The notes beneath the pieces are model-generated. The model did no database searches, was not told the origin of the DNA, and saw only the letters and a list, made by a program, of their open reading frames with translations. The translations under genes and the position numbers were made by a program. Of a DNA stretch of 64,000 nt, positions 20,369 to 26,689 are shown piece after piece; within the stretch, counting starts at the first letter, position 1; the number at the start of each line of letters is the position of its first letter. The stretch lies in contig JBAXPK010000009.1 of the NCBI GenBank assembly GCA_037132275.1, forward strand, positions 1,655 to 65,654, written 5' to 3'. This stretch comes from a bacterium (GTDB lineage: Bacteria; Verrucomicrobiota; Kiritimatiellia; CAIKKV01; CAITUY01).

Positions 20369-21661
20369 TCACATTGCCTTGAAAATCAGGAGCCCCTTGA
20401 GCAAATCAACCGCGCGGTCAAGCTGCCGGTCCGTCACCTTATCGAGATCGGGTGGCTTGGTTTTGGGGTCAATCAGGCCTGGGGTCTCGGTGTCTATCCG
20501 CTTGAGCTGAACTTTCTGCCATTCCTCGGGCGACATGGGCACGGATATGTCGGGTTCAATGCCCTTCTCGTGGATGCAGCGTCCACTGGGCGTGTAATAG
20601 CGGGCGGTGGTGATGCGCGCAGCGGTGCCGTCCTCGATGGGGATGATGTTCTGTACGGATCCTTTTCCGAAAGTGGTTTCGCCCACGAGTACCGCCCGTT
20701 TATTGTCATGCAAGGCCCCTGAAACAATTTCAGCGGCGCTGGCGGAGCCTCCGTTGACCAGAACAACGATCGGGAAACCGGTAAAATGGATCGGTCCACC
20801 GGCATAAGCCGACGGTTGGCGGGAAGACGGGCCCCGGCCCTTGGTGGAAACGATCAAGGTTCCTTGGGGGAGAAACAGTTCGCTCACCTCGACGGACGAG
20901 GATAGCAATCCGCCGGGATTATTCCGCTGATCGAGCACCAGCGCTTTCATGTTTTTGGCAAGAAGATCCTCCACCGCTTTCCGGAGGGCCGGGCCGGTGG
21001 GGATGCTGAACTCGGTGATGCGGATGTAGCCGATGTCCTTGTCCAGCATCCGGGTTCCCTTGATTGTGGAAACCTTGATTTCCTCCCGGATCAGGGAGAA
21101 GTTTTTAAACTCCCCTCCGCGCAGGATCTTGAGCGAGACCGGGGTGCCGGGGATGCCCCGAAGCTTGGAGACCGCCTCGGGTATGTCAAGGGCCTCGGTT
21201 TTGTTGCTGTTGATTTCAATAATCTTGTCGCCGGAGAGAATACCTGCCCGGTATGCCGGGGTATCTTCCATCGGGGCAATGACTGTTAGCGCGCCTTCCT
21301 TGACACTGATCTGGATCCCGAGGCCGCCGAATTTCCCCTGGGTTTCCTCCCTGAGTTCCTTGTAGGCGGGCGCCTCCATGTACTGGCTGAACGGGTCCAG
21401 CGACTGAAGCATTCCCTTCAAGGCGGAAGTGACTAGGTTTGAATAGCTGACCTTGGTCTCGTCCACATAATTCTGGCGGACGAGCAACATGGTTTTGGTG
21501 AGAATTCGGACCTGCCGATAGGCCTCGTCCTCGGCGGCGGCGGATACCGTTGTGGTTAGGGAGGATGTGGCAGGCGCATCCCCGGAGGGCTGAAGATGCC
21601 GACAACCGGCCAGAAGGATGATGGCGAGACATGGTGCCGAAATCATGAAACGTGTCTTCAT
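20369..21661 (-). CDS. Carboxy-terminal processing (S41) peptidase with PDZ domain
   Basis: Signal peptide or lipobox-like N-terminus. PDZ (GILSGDKIIEIN). GGLLSS..TFGKGSVQ catalytic region. Confidence 0.9.
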   Translation of the reverse strand: MKTRFMISAPCLAIILLAGCRHLQPSGDAPATSSLTTTVSAAAEDEAYRQVRILTKTMLLVRQNYVDETKVSYSNLVTSALKGMLQSLDPFSQYMEAPAYKELREETQGKFGGLGIQISVKEGALTVIAPMEDTPAYRAGILSGDKIIEINSNKTEALDIPEAVSKLRGIPGTPVSLKILRGGEFKNFSLIREEIKVSTIKGTRMLDKDIGYIRITEFSIPTGPALRKAVEDLLAKNMKALVLDQRNNPGGLLSSSVEVSELFLPQGTLIVSTKGRGPSSRQPSAYAGGPIHFTGFPIVVLVNGGSASAAEIVSGALHDNKRAVLVGETTFGKGSVQNIIPIEDGTAARITTARYYTPSGRCIHEKGIEPDISVPMSPEEWQKVQLKRIDTETPGLIDPKTKPPDLDKVTDRQLDRAVDLLKGLLIFKAM

Positions 21662-21669
21662 GCGTCCTC

Positions 21670-22539
21670 TTAGTCCTCTTCAGAAAGGCGGATGAGATAT
21701 TGTCCGTACTCGTTTTTGGCCAATTCCTGACCCAGTGCCCGAAGTTCTTTCCGCGTGATGTAACCCAGCGAGTAGGCAATTTCTTCAAGACACGCCATTT
21801 TGAACCCCTGGCGGGATTGAACGGTATGAACGAAACTTGCGGCCTGGAACATCGAGTCATGCGTGCCGGTATCCAGCCAGGCAAACCCGCGGCCGAGCGA
21901 ATGAACGCGCAGGGCCCCCCGCCGCAGATAATCGAGATTCACATCCGTGATCTCCAATTCGCCGCGCGGGGAGGGCTTGAGGTTGGCCGCCACGTCAAGG
22001 ACGTGGTTGTCGTAAAAATAGAGGCCGGGCACGGCAAATTTTGATTTGGGTTTTGCCGGTTTTTCCTCCAGCGACAGGGCGCGCCCGGCGGCATCGAAGG
22101 CCACCACCCCGTAACGCTCGGGATCGGCGACGGGATAGGCGAAGACCATGGCTCCGCTTTGCAGCTGGCTGGCCTCGCGTAGACACGCGGAAAAGTTGTG
22201 CCCATAGAAAATGTTATCCCCCAGAATCAGCGCCACCGAATCCTGGCCCACAAAGTCACGTCCGATAATGAAGGCTTGGGCCAGTCCTTCCGGTTTGGGT
22301 TGCTCGGCGTACTGGAGGGTGATGCCCAGTTGGCGGCCATCCCCCAACAAGGTGCGGAACAGGGGTAAATCGTGGGGGGTACTGATCAGGAGAATATCCC
22401 GGATGCCGGCCAGCATGAGCACCGACAGCGGATAATAGATCATCGGTTTGTCATATACCGGAAGCAACTGCTTGCTCACCGCCTTGGTCAGTGGAAACAT
22501 GCGCGTCCCCGACCCGCCTGCCAAAACAATACCTTTCAT
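21670..22539 (-). CDS. rfbA: Glucose-1-phosphate thymidylyltransferase
   Basis: [24 protein letters not shown] motifs. Confidence 0.95.
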   Translation of the reverse strand: MKGIVLAGGSGTRMFPLTKAVSKQLLPVYDKPMIYYPLSVLMLAGIRDILLISTPHDLPLFRTLLGDGRQLGITLQYAEQPKPEGLAQAFIIGRDFVGQDSVALILGDNIFYGHNFSACLREASQLQSGAMVFAYPVADPERYGVVAFDAAGRALSLEEKPAKPKSKFAVPGLYFYDNHVLDVAANLKPSPRGELEITDVNLDYLRRGALRVHSLGRGFAWLDTGTHDSMFQAASFVHTVQSRQGFKMACLEEIAYSLGYITRKELRALGQELAKNEYGQYLIRLSEED

Positions 22540-22677
22540 GAGCCTTTCTCCCTCTCGATGGTTATCGCATTTGATTCAGCCCCTGTATTCTGGGGAACTG
22601 TAGCCTAATGTCCAGCGGTTATTATTCGTTCAGATGGAATTGGGATCATCTGCGATCAGGTGCAACCGCGTAAAAGA

Positions 22678-22746
22678 TCCGAACCACCGGCCGCACTGTA
22701 CGCCTCGCCCTGTCGGGCTCGTCACCAGTGAGCCGGAACGTTCGCC
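22678..22746 (+). repeat. attC-like site A
   Basis: R'' TCCGAAC, arm CCGGC(CG)CACTG, loop, arm CAGTG(A)GCCGG, spacer AAC, R' GTTCGCC. Confidence 0.55.
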
Positions 22747-22758
22747 CCGAAAAGATGA

Positions 22759-22786
22759 TTGACGTAAGTATAACTTCGGTTATACT
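22759..22786 (+). promoter_or_regulatory. Candidate promoter/operator of cassette 1
   Basis: TTGACG (22759-22764), 16-nt spacer, TATACT (22781-22786). A perfect 8-bp inverted repeat AGTATAAC-TTCG-GTTATACT (22767-22786) overlaps the -10. Confidence 0.4.
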
Positions 22787-22794
22787 ATTTGATT

Positions 22795-23031
22795 ATGAAA
22801 ACGGCTATATCAATACCGGATGACATCTTCAGCGCGGCGGAGAATTTCGCCCATCAAAGTCACTTGAGCCGAAGCGCTCTGTTTACTCGCGCTTTGGTGG
22901 AATTCCTGTCTCGTCGGCGGAATGAAGGGGTGACGGAACGGCTCAATCGACTGTACAGCAGTGAAGAGTCTCACCTTGATGAAACCCTTTTGAAAATGCA
23001 GGCTTCCGTGGTTTCCAAGGAGAAATGGTAA
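22795..23031 (+). CDS. Ribbon-helix-helix (CopG-like) antitoxin
   Basis: MKTAISIPDDIFSAAE..SRSALFTRAL RHH pattern. It overlaps the downstream MazF-like gene. Confidence 0.75.
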   Translation: MKTAISIPDDIFSAAENFAHQSHLSRSALFTRALVEFLSRRRNEGVTERLNRLYSSEESHLDETLLKMQASVVSKEKW

Positions 23032-23369
23032 TGCACCGGGGCGAGATCTGGTGGGCATCTCTGGGTGAACCTGAAGGGTCAGGGCCGGGCTATCGGCGCC
23101 CCGTACTGATCGTGCAATCGGATGAATTTAATCGTAGCCGGATCAGCACCGTCATAGTTGTGGTTCTCACGTCCAATGTTGCCCTGGCTCAAGCACCGGG
23201 TAATGTTCTGCTCAAAGCGCGGCATGCGGGACTTGCCAAGGACTCCGTAGTCAATGTCTCGCAGGTGATCACAGTGGACAAGCAATGTCTGACCGAAAAG
23301 GTAAAGAAGCTGGAATCATCCGCGATGGCGGAAATCGATAATGGGCTGCGGCTTGTTTTAGCCATTTGA
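23025..23369 (+). CDS. mazF: MazF/PemK-family toxin (endoribonuclease)
   Basis: RGEIWWASLGEPEGSGPGYRRPVLIVQSDEFN..VVVLTS is the PemK signature. Confidence 0.85.
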   Translation: MVMHRGEIWWASLGEPEGSGPGYRRPVLIVQSDEFNRSRISTVIVVVLTSNVALAQAPGNVLLKARHAGLAKDSVVNVSQVITVDKQCLTEKVKKLESSAMAEIDNGLRLVLAI

Positions 23370-23374
23370 AACTC

Positions 23375-23435
23375 GGCGAACAACACCTCGGAGTTTACGT
23401 CGCTGACGCGCCGAAACTCAAGGTGAGCGTTCGCC
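23375..23435 (+). repeat. attC-like site B
   Basis: R'' GGCGAAC, AA, CACCTCGGAGTTT, loop ACGTCGCTGACGCGCCG, AAACTCAAGGTG, AGC, R' GTTCGCC. Confidence 0.6.
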
Positions 23436-23475
23436 ATATATAAGACGGACAGGAAAAATGTTTGTATGCACGCCA

Positions 23476-23496
23476 GGTATGATATATAGTCATACC
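23476..23496 (+). promoter_or_regulatory. Candidate operator of cassette 2
   Basis: Perfect inverted repeat GGTATGA-TATATAG-TCATACC. It ends 20 nt upstream of the ATG at 23517 and is followed by AAAAGAGG. Confidence 0.35.
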
Positions 23497-23516
23497 ATAA
23501 CTTAAAAGAGGCATAT

Positions 23517-23759
23517 ATGGCTGTCGCAAAAATTGCTATTTCACTGGAAGAGGACATTCTTGTTGAGCTCGACCGACTTGTGCGGCGGCATATTTTCCCC
23601 AATCGAAGCCGCGCCATTCAGGAGGCGGTAATGGAAAAGGTGACGCGTCTCTCCGCCAACCGTCTTGCGACTGAGTGCGCAAAACTCGATCCCAAGGCGG
23701 AACAGGCCTTGGCTGAGGAAGGAATGTCCAAGGAGGTCGCCTCATGGCCAGAATATTGA
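23517..23759 (+). CDS. Ribbon-helix-helix (CopG-like) antitoxin
   Basis: [35 protein letters not shown] pattern. It overlaps the downstream toxin gene. Confidence 0.75.
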   Translation: MAVAKIAISLEEDILVELDRLVRRHIFPNRSRAIQEAVMEKVTRLSANRLATECAKLDPKAEQALAEEGMSKEVASWPEY

Positions 23760-24106
23760 GGGGCGACCTCGTCTGGGCTGACCTGAACCCGGTAAAGGGG
23801 CATGAACAGGCCGGGCTCCGCCCGGCACTGATCCTCAGCCCGGAGATATTCAATGATCGCTCCGGAACGGTGATTGCCATGGCGCTCACAAGTCAACCGC
23901 AGAGGGCGGGATTCCCGCTCACCATGGAAATCACAAGCGTTTCCCTCCCGAAGCCGACCTGGGTGAAGATCAGCCAGATCAGAACGCTTTCCGTTGAGCG
24001 ATTGGGCAAGCGAATGGGACATGTTTCTGATGCCGAGATGAGCCAAATCATCGAAGGACTGAATGAAATCATCGGCGAACAAGCAAATTCAGGCTATCGC
24101 CGCTGA
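23744..24106 (+). CDS. mazF: MazF/PemK-family toxin
   Basis: [34 protein letters not shown]. The 3' end lies inside attC-like site C. Confidence 0.85.
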   Translation: MARILRGDLVWADLNPVKGHEQAGLRPALILSPEIFNDRSGTVIAMALTSQPQRAGFPLTMEITSVSLPKPTWVKISQIRTLSVERLGKRMGHVSDAEMSQIIEGLNEIIGEQANSGYRR

Positions 24107-24137
24107 GCGCGGCTCAGCCTGATTTGCACCGTTGGGC
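24074..24137 (+). repeat. attC-like site C
   Basis: R'' GGCGAAC, AA, GCAAATTCAGGCT, loop, AGCCTGATTTGC (one T bulged), ACC, R' GTTGGGC (fits GTTRRRY). Confidence 0.6.
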
Positions 24138-24161
24138 CGATCAATGAAAATTGAACACCAC

Positions 24162-24190
24162 TTGACGTAGATACTTAATGTATATACATT
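24162..24190 (+). promoter_or_regulatory. Candidate sigma70-type promoter of the brnTA cassette
   Basis: TTGACG (24162-24167), 17-nt spacer, TACATT (24185-24190). The -10 ends 7 nt before the brnT ATG. Confidence 0.35.
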
Positions 24191-24197
24191 GCTGCCA

Positions 24198-24476
24198 ATG
24201 AAGTTCACATGGGATGAGGAAAAGAATGCGATCAACCGGCAATAACACGGGATCGATTTTGATGACGTCTCGACTGTTTTCGAGAAGCCCATGGTGACGT
24301 TCCTTGACCAGAGGAAAGAGTATGGTGAGGACAGATGGGTGGGAATTGGATGGCTTAGCGACATTCTGGCGGTGATTGTGTTTACCGAGCCCGATGACGA
24401 GACCATCCGGGTTATCTCCGCCCGAAAGGCAAAACGACATGAAGCACACATCTACAAACAAGAAATCAGGAACTGA
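24198..24476 (+). pseudogene. brnT: BrnT (DUF497) toxin gene interrupted by an in-frame TAA at 24243-24245
   Basis: The frame reads MKFTWDEEKNAINRQ*HGIDFDDVSTVFEKPMVTF...IRVISARKAKRHE. The stop replaces the conserved Lys of the N..KHG motif. Confidence 0.75.
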
Positions 24477-24705
24477 CTGGACCCGCCTTCGCGAGATGAA
24501 GGACGAGGACATTGATGTCTCCGATATTCCCGTGATTGACCGATCCATGTTGAAGAAAATGGTCATTCGGATGCCGGAGAAAAAGTCCCCGGTTTCAATC
24601 CGTCTCGATCCCGGTGTGATTGAATGGTTCCGGCGGCAGGGGCAAGGATACCAGACGCGAATCAATGCAGTTCTTAAATCCTATGTTGAGGCGCATTCGC
24701 ATTGA
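24439..24705 (+). CDS. brnA: BrnA-type antitoxin
   Basis: MKHTSTNKKSGTDWTRL..DEDIDVSDIP..VSIRLDPGVIEWFRRQGQGYQTRINAVLKSYV is the BrnA pattern. It overlaps the brnT 3' end. Confidence 0.8.
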   Translation: MKHTSTNKKSGTDWTRLREMKDEDIDVSDIPVIDRSMLKKMVIRMPEKKSPVSIRLDPGVIEWFRRQGQGYQTRINAVLKSYVEAHSH

Positions 24706-24723
24706 TCATCAGATGATGAACCC

Positions 24724-24787
24724 GCCCAACAACTCCTCGGAGAGTTTACGTCGCTAATCGCGCCGAAACTCAAGGTCACCGTTCGGT
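24724..24787 (+). repeat. attC-like site D
   Basis: R'' GCCCAAC (fits RYYYAAC), AA, CTCCTCGGAGAGTTT, loop ACGTCGCTAATCGCGCCG, AAACTCAAGGTCAC, R' GTTCGGT. It is a paralogue of site B. Confidence 0.6.
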
Positions 24788-24806
24788 CTCGCAAATTATG
24801 ATTGAT

Positions 24807-24838
24807 CCACACATGAGAGTGTGTGATGATGTGTGTGG
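24807..24838 (+). promoter_or_regulatory. Inverted-repeat-rich candidate operator upstream of vapB
   Basis: CCACACAT..CACACA-TGAGAG-TGTGTG..ATGTGTGTGG, followed by GGAGGA and the ATG at 24849. Confidence 0.3.
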
Positions 24839-24848
24839 AGGAAATGAT

Positions 24849-25049
24849 ATGGCAACAAACCTACAACTCGATGACAAGCTGATCAAGCAAGCCGTCGCAC
24901 TTGGTTGTCACCGCACAAAGAGGGCGGCGGTGACACAGGCGTTGTCTGACTACATTCGCAACCTTCAGCAGGAGAAGATTCTTGATCTGTTTGGGAAGGT
25001 CGACTTCACCCAGGGATATGACTATAAACGGCAGCGGGCTAAAGCATGA
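24849..25049 (+). CDS. vapB: VapB-family antitoxin
   Basis: MATNLQLDDKLIKQAVALG..TKRAAVTQAL pattern. ATGA overlap with the PIN gene. Confidence 0.75.
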   Translation: MATNLQLDDKLIKQAVALGCHRTKRAAVTQALSDYIRNLQQEKILDLFGKVDFTQGYDYKRQRAKA

Positions 25050-25507
25050 GAGTACTCGTTGATACGAGTATTTGGTCGCTCGCTCTACGCCGGTCAGGGC
25101 ATGTCCAGAATCCGGAAGCTGAGGAGTTGAAGCGCCTGATTGGTTTGCATGTGGTGGAAATCATTGGGCCCATCCGTCAGGAGATCCTCTCTGGGGTGAG
25201 GGAGCAGTCGCAGTTTAATCAACTGGAATCACAACTCGCTGTATTTCCTGATCTGCCACTGCATTCCGAGGACTTCGCGACAGCAGCCAAAATGTTCAAT
25301 GTATGCCGTTCAAAGGGCATTCAGGGTTCAAATACTGATTTCCTGATCTGCGCGGTTGCTGTGCGGTACGATTTTGCAGTCTTCACGACGGATGCCGACT
25401 TTCGTCTTTTCGCCAAGTGCCTGCCCATCGTCATTCATGAATTCAAAACAATGGCCGAACCACACCGTGTTCCGTACGGCTCGCAAGCTCGCCGCCGGAA
25501 ACGGTGA
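25046..25507 (+). CDS. vapC: PIN-domain VapC toxin
   Basis: MRVLVDTSIW..E..TDFLICAVA..FTTDADF acidic PIN residues. The C-terminal tail is encoded inside attC-like site E. Confidence 0.8.
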   Translation: MRVLVDTSIWSLALRRSGHVQNPEAEELKRLIGLHVVEIIGPIRQEILSGVREQSQFNQLESQLAVFPDLPLHSEDFATAAKMFNVCRSKGIQGSNTDFLICAVAVRYDFAVFTTDADFRLFAKCLPIVIHEFKTMAEPHRVPYGSQARRRKR

Positions 25508-25516
25508 CCGTTCGCT
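25454..25516 (+). repeat. attC-like site E
   Basis: R'' GCCGAAC, CAC, ACCGTGTTCCG, loop TACGGCTCGCAAGCTCGCCG, CGGAAACGGT (one G bulged), GAC, R' GTTCGCT. Confidence 0.6.
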
Positions 25517-25576
25517 CAATAAAAGAGGGATTGATAAAATGGGCTAATTTAGAGATAGTACTCGAAGGTGACAAAC

Positions 25577-25783
25577 ATGGTTATGATACATCCAGAATAT
25601 GTGGTTGACGCGCAACAGCATCGAAAGGCTGTCTTATTGCCTGTGGTCGAATGGGAACAGATCGTTGATGAGCTCGAGGAGCTGGATGATATACGAGCTT
25701 ATGACCAGGCGAAGGCTTCCTCTCAGGAAAAGATTCCCTTTGAGCAGGCCGTCCGGGAGATCCGCCTCGGAATCGGCGCATGA
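25577..25783 (+). CDS. Antitoxin partnered with the RelE/ParE toxin (Phd/RelB-like, unclassified)
   Basis: Small acidic protein (..VVEWEQIVDELEELDDIRAYDQAK..). SD GAAGGTG lies upstream of the ATG at 25577. ATGA overlap with the toxin. Confidence 0.65.
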   Translation: MVMIHPEYVVDAQQHRKAVLLPVVEWEQIVDELEELDDIRAYDQAKASSQEKIPFEQAVREIRLGIGA

Positions 25784-26034
25784 GTTACGGGCTTGAAATC
25801 TTACGTGCAGCCCAAAAGCAACTCGCTCAAATTACACCGGTTGATCGAGATCGAATTGTCTCTGCTATCAAGGATTTGGCGGATGCCCCTCGTCCCGCCG
25901 GGTGCAAAAAGCTTTCAGGCCGTCCCGGCTGGCGTATCCGAATAGGCTCTTACCGGGTCATCTATGAGATCCATGATGACAAGTTGATGATACTTGTCGT
26001 CACTGTTGGCCACCGAAGAGAAATATACCGATAG
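25780..26034 (+). CDS. relE: RelE/ParE-family toxin
   Basis: ..KKLSGRPGWRIRIGSYRVIYEIHDDKLMILVVTVGHRREIY is the classic RelE/StbE C-terminus. Confidence 0.85.
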   Translation: MSYGLEILRAAQKQLAQITPVDRDRIVSAIKDLADAPRPAGCKKLSGRPGWRIRIGSYRVIYEIHDDKLMILVVTVGHRREIYR

Positions 26035-26208
26035 CGAACCAGCTCTTACCACGACGGCTCGCATGCTCGCCGCAGGTCAAGAGTCACGTGTGCGCCCGGC
26101 ATGGCGCACGACTAGTGGGTGAAAGACCCATACGGAGCCGTACGTCCGGTGGTGCGAGAGCTGGGGGAGGGAACCCTCCCCTGGCTACTCGATTGGGGAA
26201 TGAGATTA
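26033..26208 (+). repeat. attC-like site F, split by a 114-bp insertion at the crossover point
   Basis: R'' AGCGAAC, CAG, CTCTTACC, loop ACGACGGCTCGCATGCTCGCCGCA, GGTCAAGAG, TCAC, G(26088) then the insertion, then TTGGGG (26203-26208). Confidence 0.5.
26089..26202 (+). other. 114-bp hairpin-dense insertion inside attC-like site F
   Basis: Terminal hairpin GTGCGCC-CGGCAT-GGCGCAC (26090-26109). GGGT-GAAAG-ACCC (26117-26129). GGGGAGGG-AA-CCCTCCCC (26164-26181). Deleting it restores GTTGGGG. Confidence 0.5.
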
Positions 26209-26235
26209 TAAAGATGATGGATAGGAATTAATTCA

Positions 26236-26310
26236 ATGTGGGAGGGGCACTCCGTGCCGCGACAGGTTCAAGAGAGAGTCTGAACGAGACAAGAATCGCG
26301 CCTCCCACAT
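26236..26310 (+). ncRNA. Candidate structured element (three-way junction) in an ORF-less cassette
   Basis: Perfect 10-bp closing stem ATGTGGGAGG/CCTCCCACAT. It encloses GGCAC-TCC-GTGCC and GCGA..GTTCA-AGAGAGAGTC-TGAAC..TCGC. Function and strand unknown. Confidence 0.3.
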
Positions 26311-26343
26311 GGGGTGAACTCAGGGTGATCAAAACGAGGACGA

Positions 26344-26407
26344 CCCCAACAACACACTCGTGCCTACCGTCGCTAAACGCTCCGGCGGCACAGTGTGAAC
26401 GTTCGGT
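26344..26407 (+). repeat. attC-like site G
   Basis: R'' CCCCAAC, AA, CACACTCGTGCC, loop TACCGTCGCTAAACGCTCCGGC, GGCACAGTGTG (one C bulged), AAC, R' GTTCGGT. Confidence 0.6.
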
Positions 26408-26422
26408 GTGAGGAATGACAAT

Positions 26423-26689
26423 ATGTGGGAAGTGATTTCGAAATACTATTGTATTGACTGGATTGCATTGGTGCTGAATGCAGTTGCAATTTTTCTTCTC
26501 GGGAAGAAACGAAAGGCGGGTTGGTCGCTGGGTGTTGTAGCCAACATTTTCTGGATTGTATTCGGCATCCTTGCGCACAGCGTGGCGACAATGGTTGCCT
26601 GCAGCATTTTCGTCGCTCTGAATGTGAAGGGTTGGTGGAACTGGAGCAAAGAGCAAGCACCGCCCCAGCAGGATGCAGGCGACGCTTAA
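26423..26689 (+). CDS. 88-aa three-TM membrane protein with possible PnuC-like half-transporter resemblance
   Basis: MWEVISKYYCIDWIALVLNAVAIFLLGKKRKAGW..NIFWIVFGI..ACSIFVALNVKGWWNW. Three hydrophobic helices and Trp-rich motifs reminiscent of PnuC. This is a weak call. Confidence 0.4.
   Translation: MWEVISKYYCIDWIALVLNAVAIFLLGKKRKAGWSLGVVANIFWIVFGILAHSVATMVACSIFVALNVKGWWNWSKEQAPPQQDAGDA

Larger units (their letters stand above)
22678..26407 (+). mobile_element. Integron-type gene-cassette array without an integrase in the window (CALIN-like)
   Basis: Seven attC-like sites separate co-oriented single modules. The R' of each site is complementary to the R'' of the next site. Details are in the findings. 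Confidence 0.65.

Noticed and set aside
26088-26203. Truncated group II (IIC-attC type) intron. The insertion in attC-like site F begins GTGTG (GUGYG-like) and could be read as ending ..GAT (AY-like). IIC-attC introns are known to target attC sites.
   Set aside because: 114 bp is far too short for a group II intron. I could not find a domain V (GAGCCGUAU...ACGUACGGUUC) on either strand, only a partial look-alike (GAGCCGTACGT). Known IIC-attC introns sit antisense to cassette transcription. It is kept only as a remote possibility (deletion remnant).
26236-26310. Hammerhead or another small self-cleaving ribozyme in the three-way-junction element.
   Set aside because: The closest match to the hammerhead core is CTGAACGAG, which has an extra nucleotide relative to CUGANGA. 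No properly placed GAAA / cleavage-site triplet was found. No other ribozyme core could be recognised by eye.
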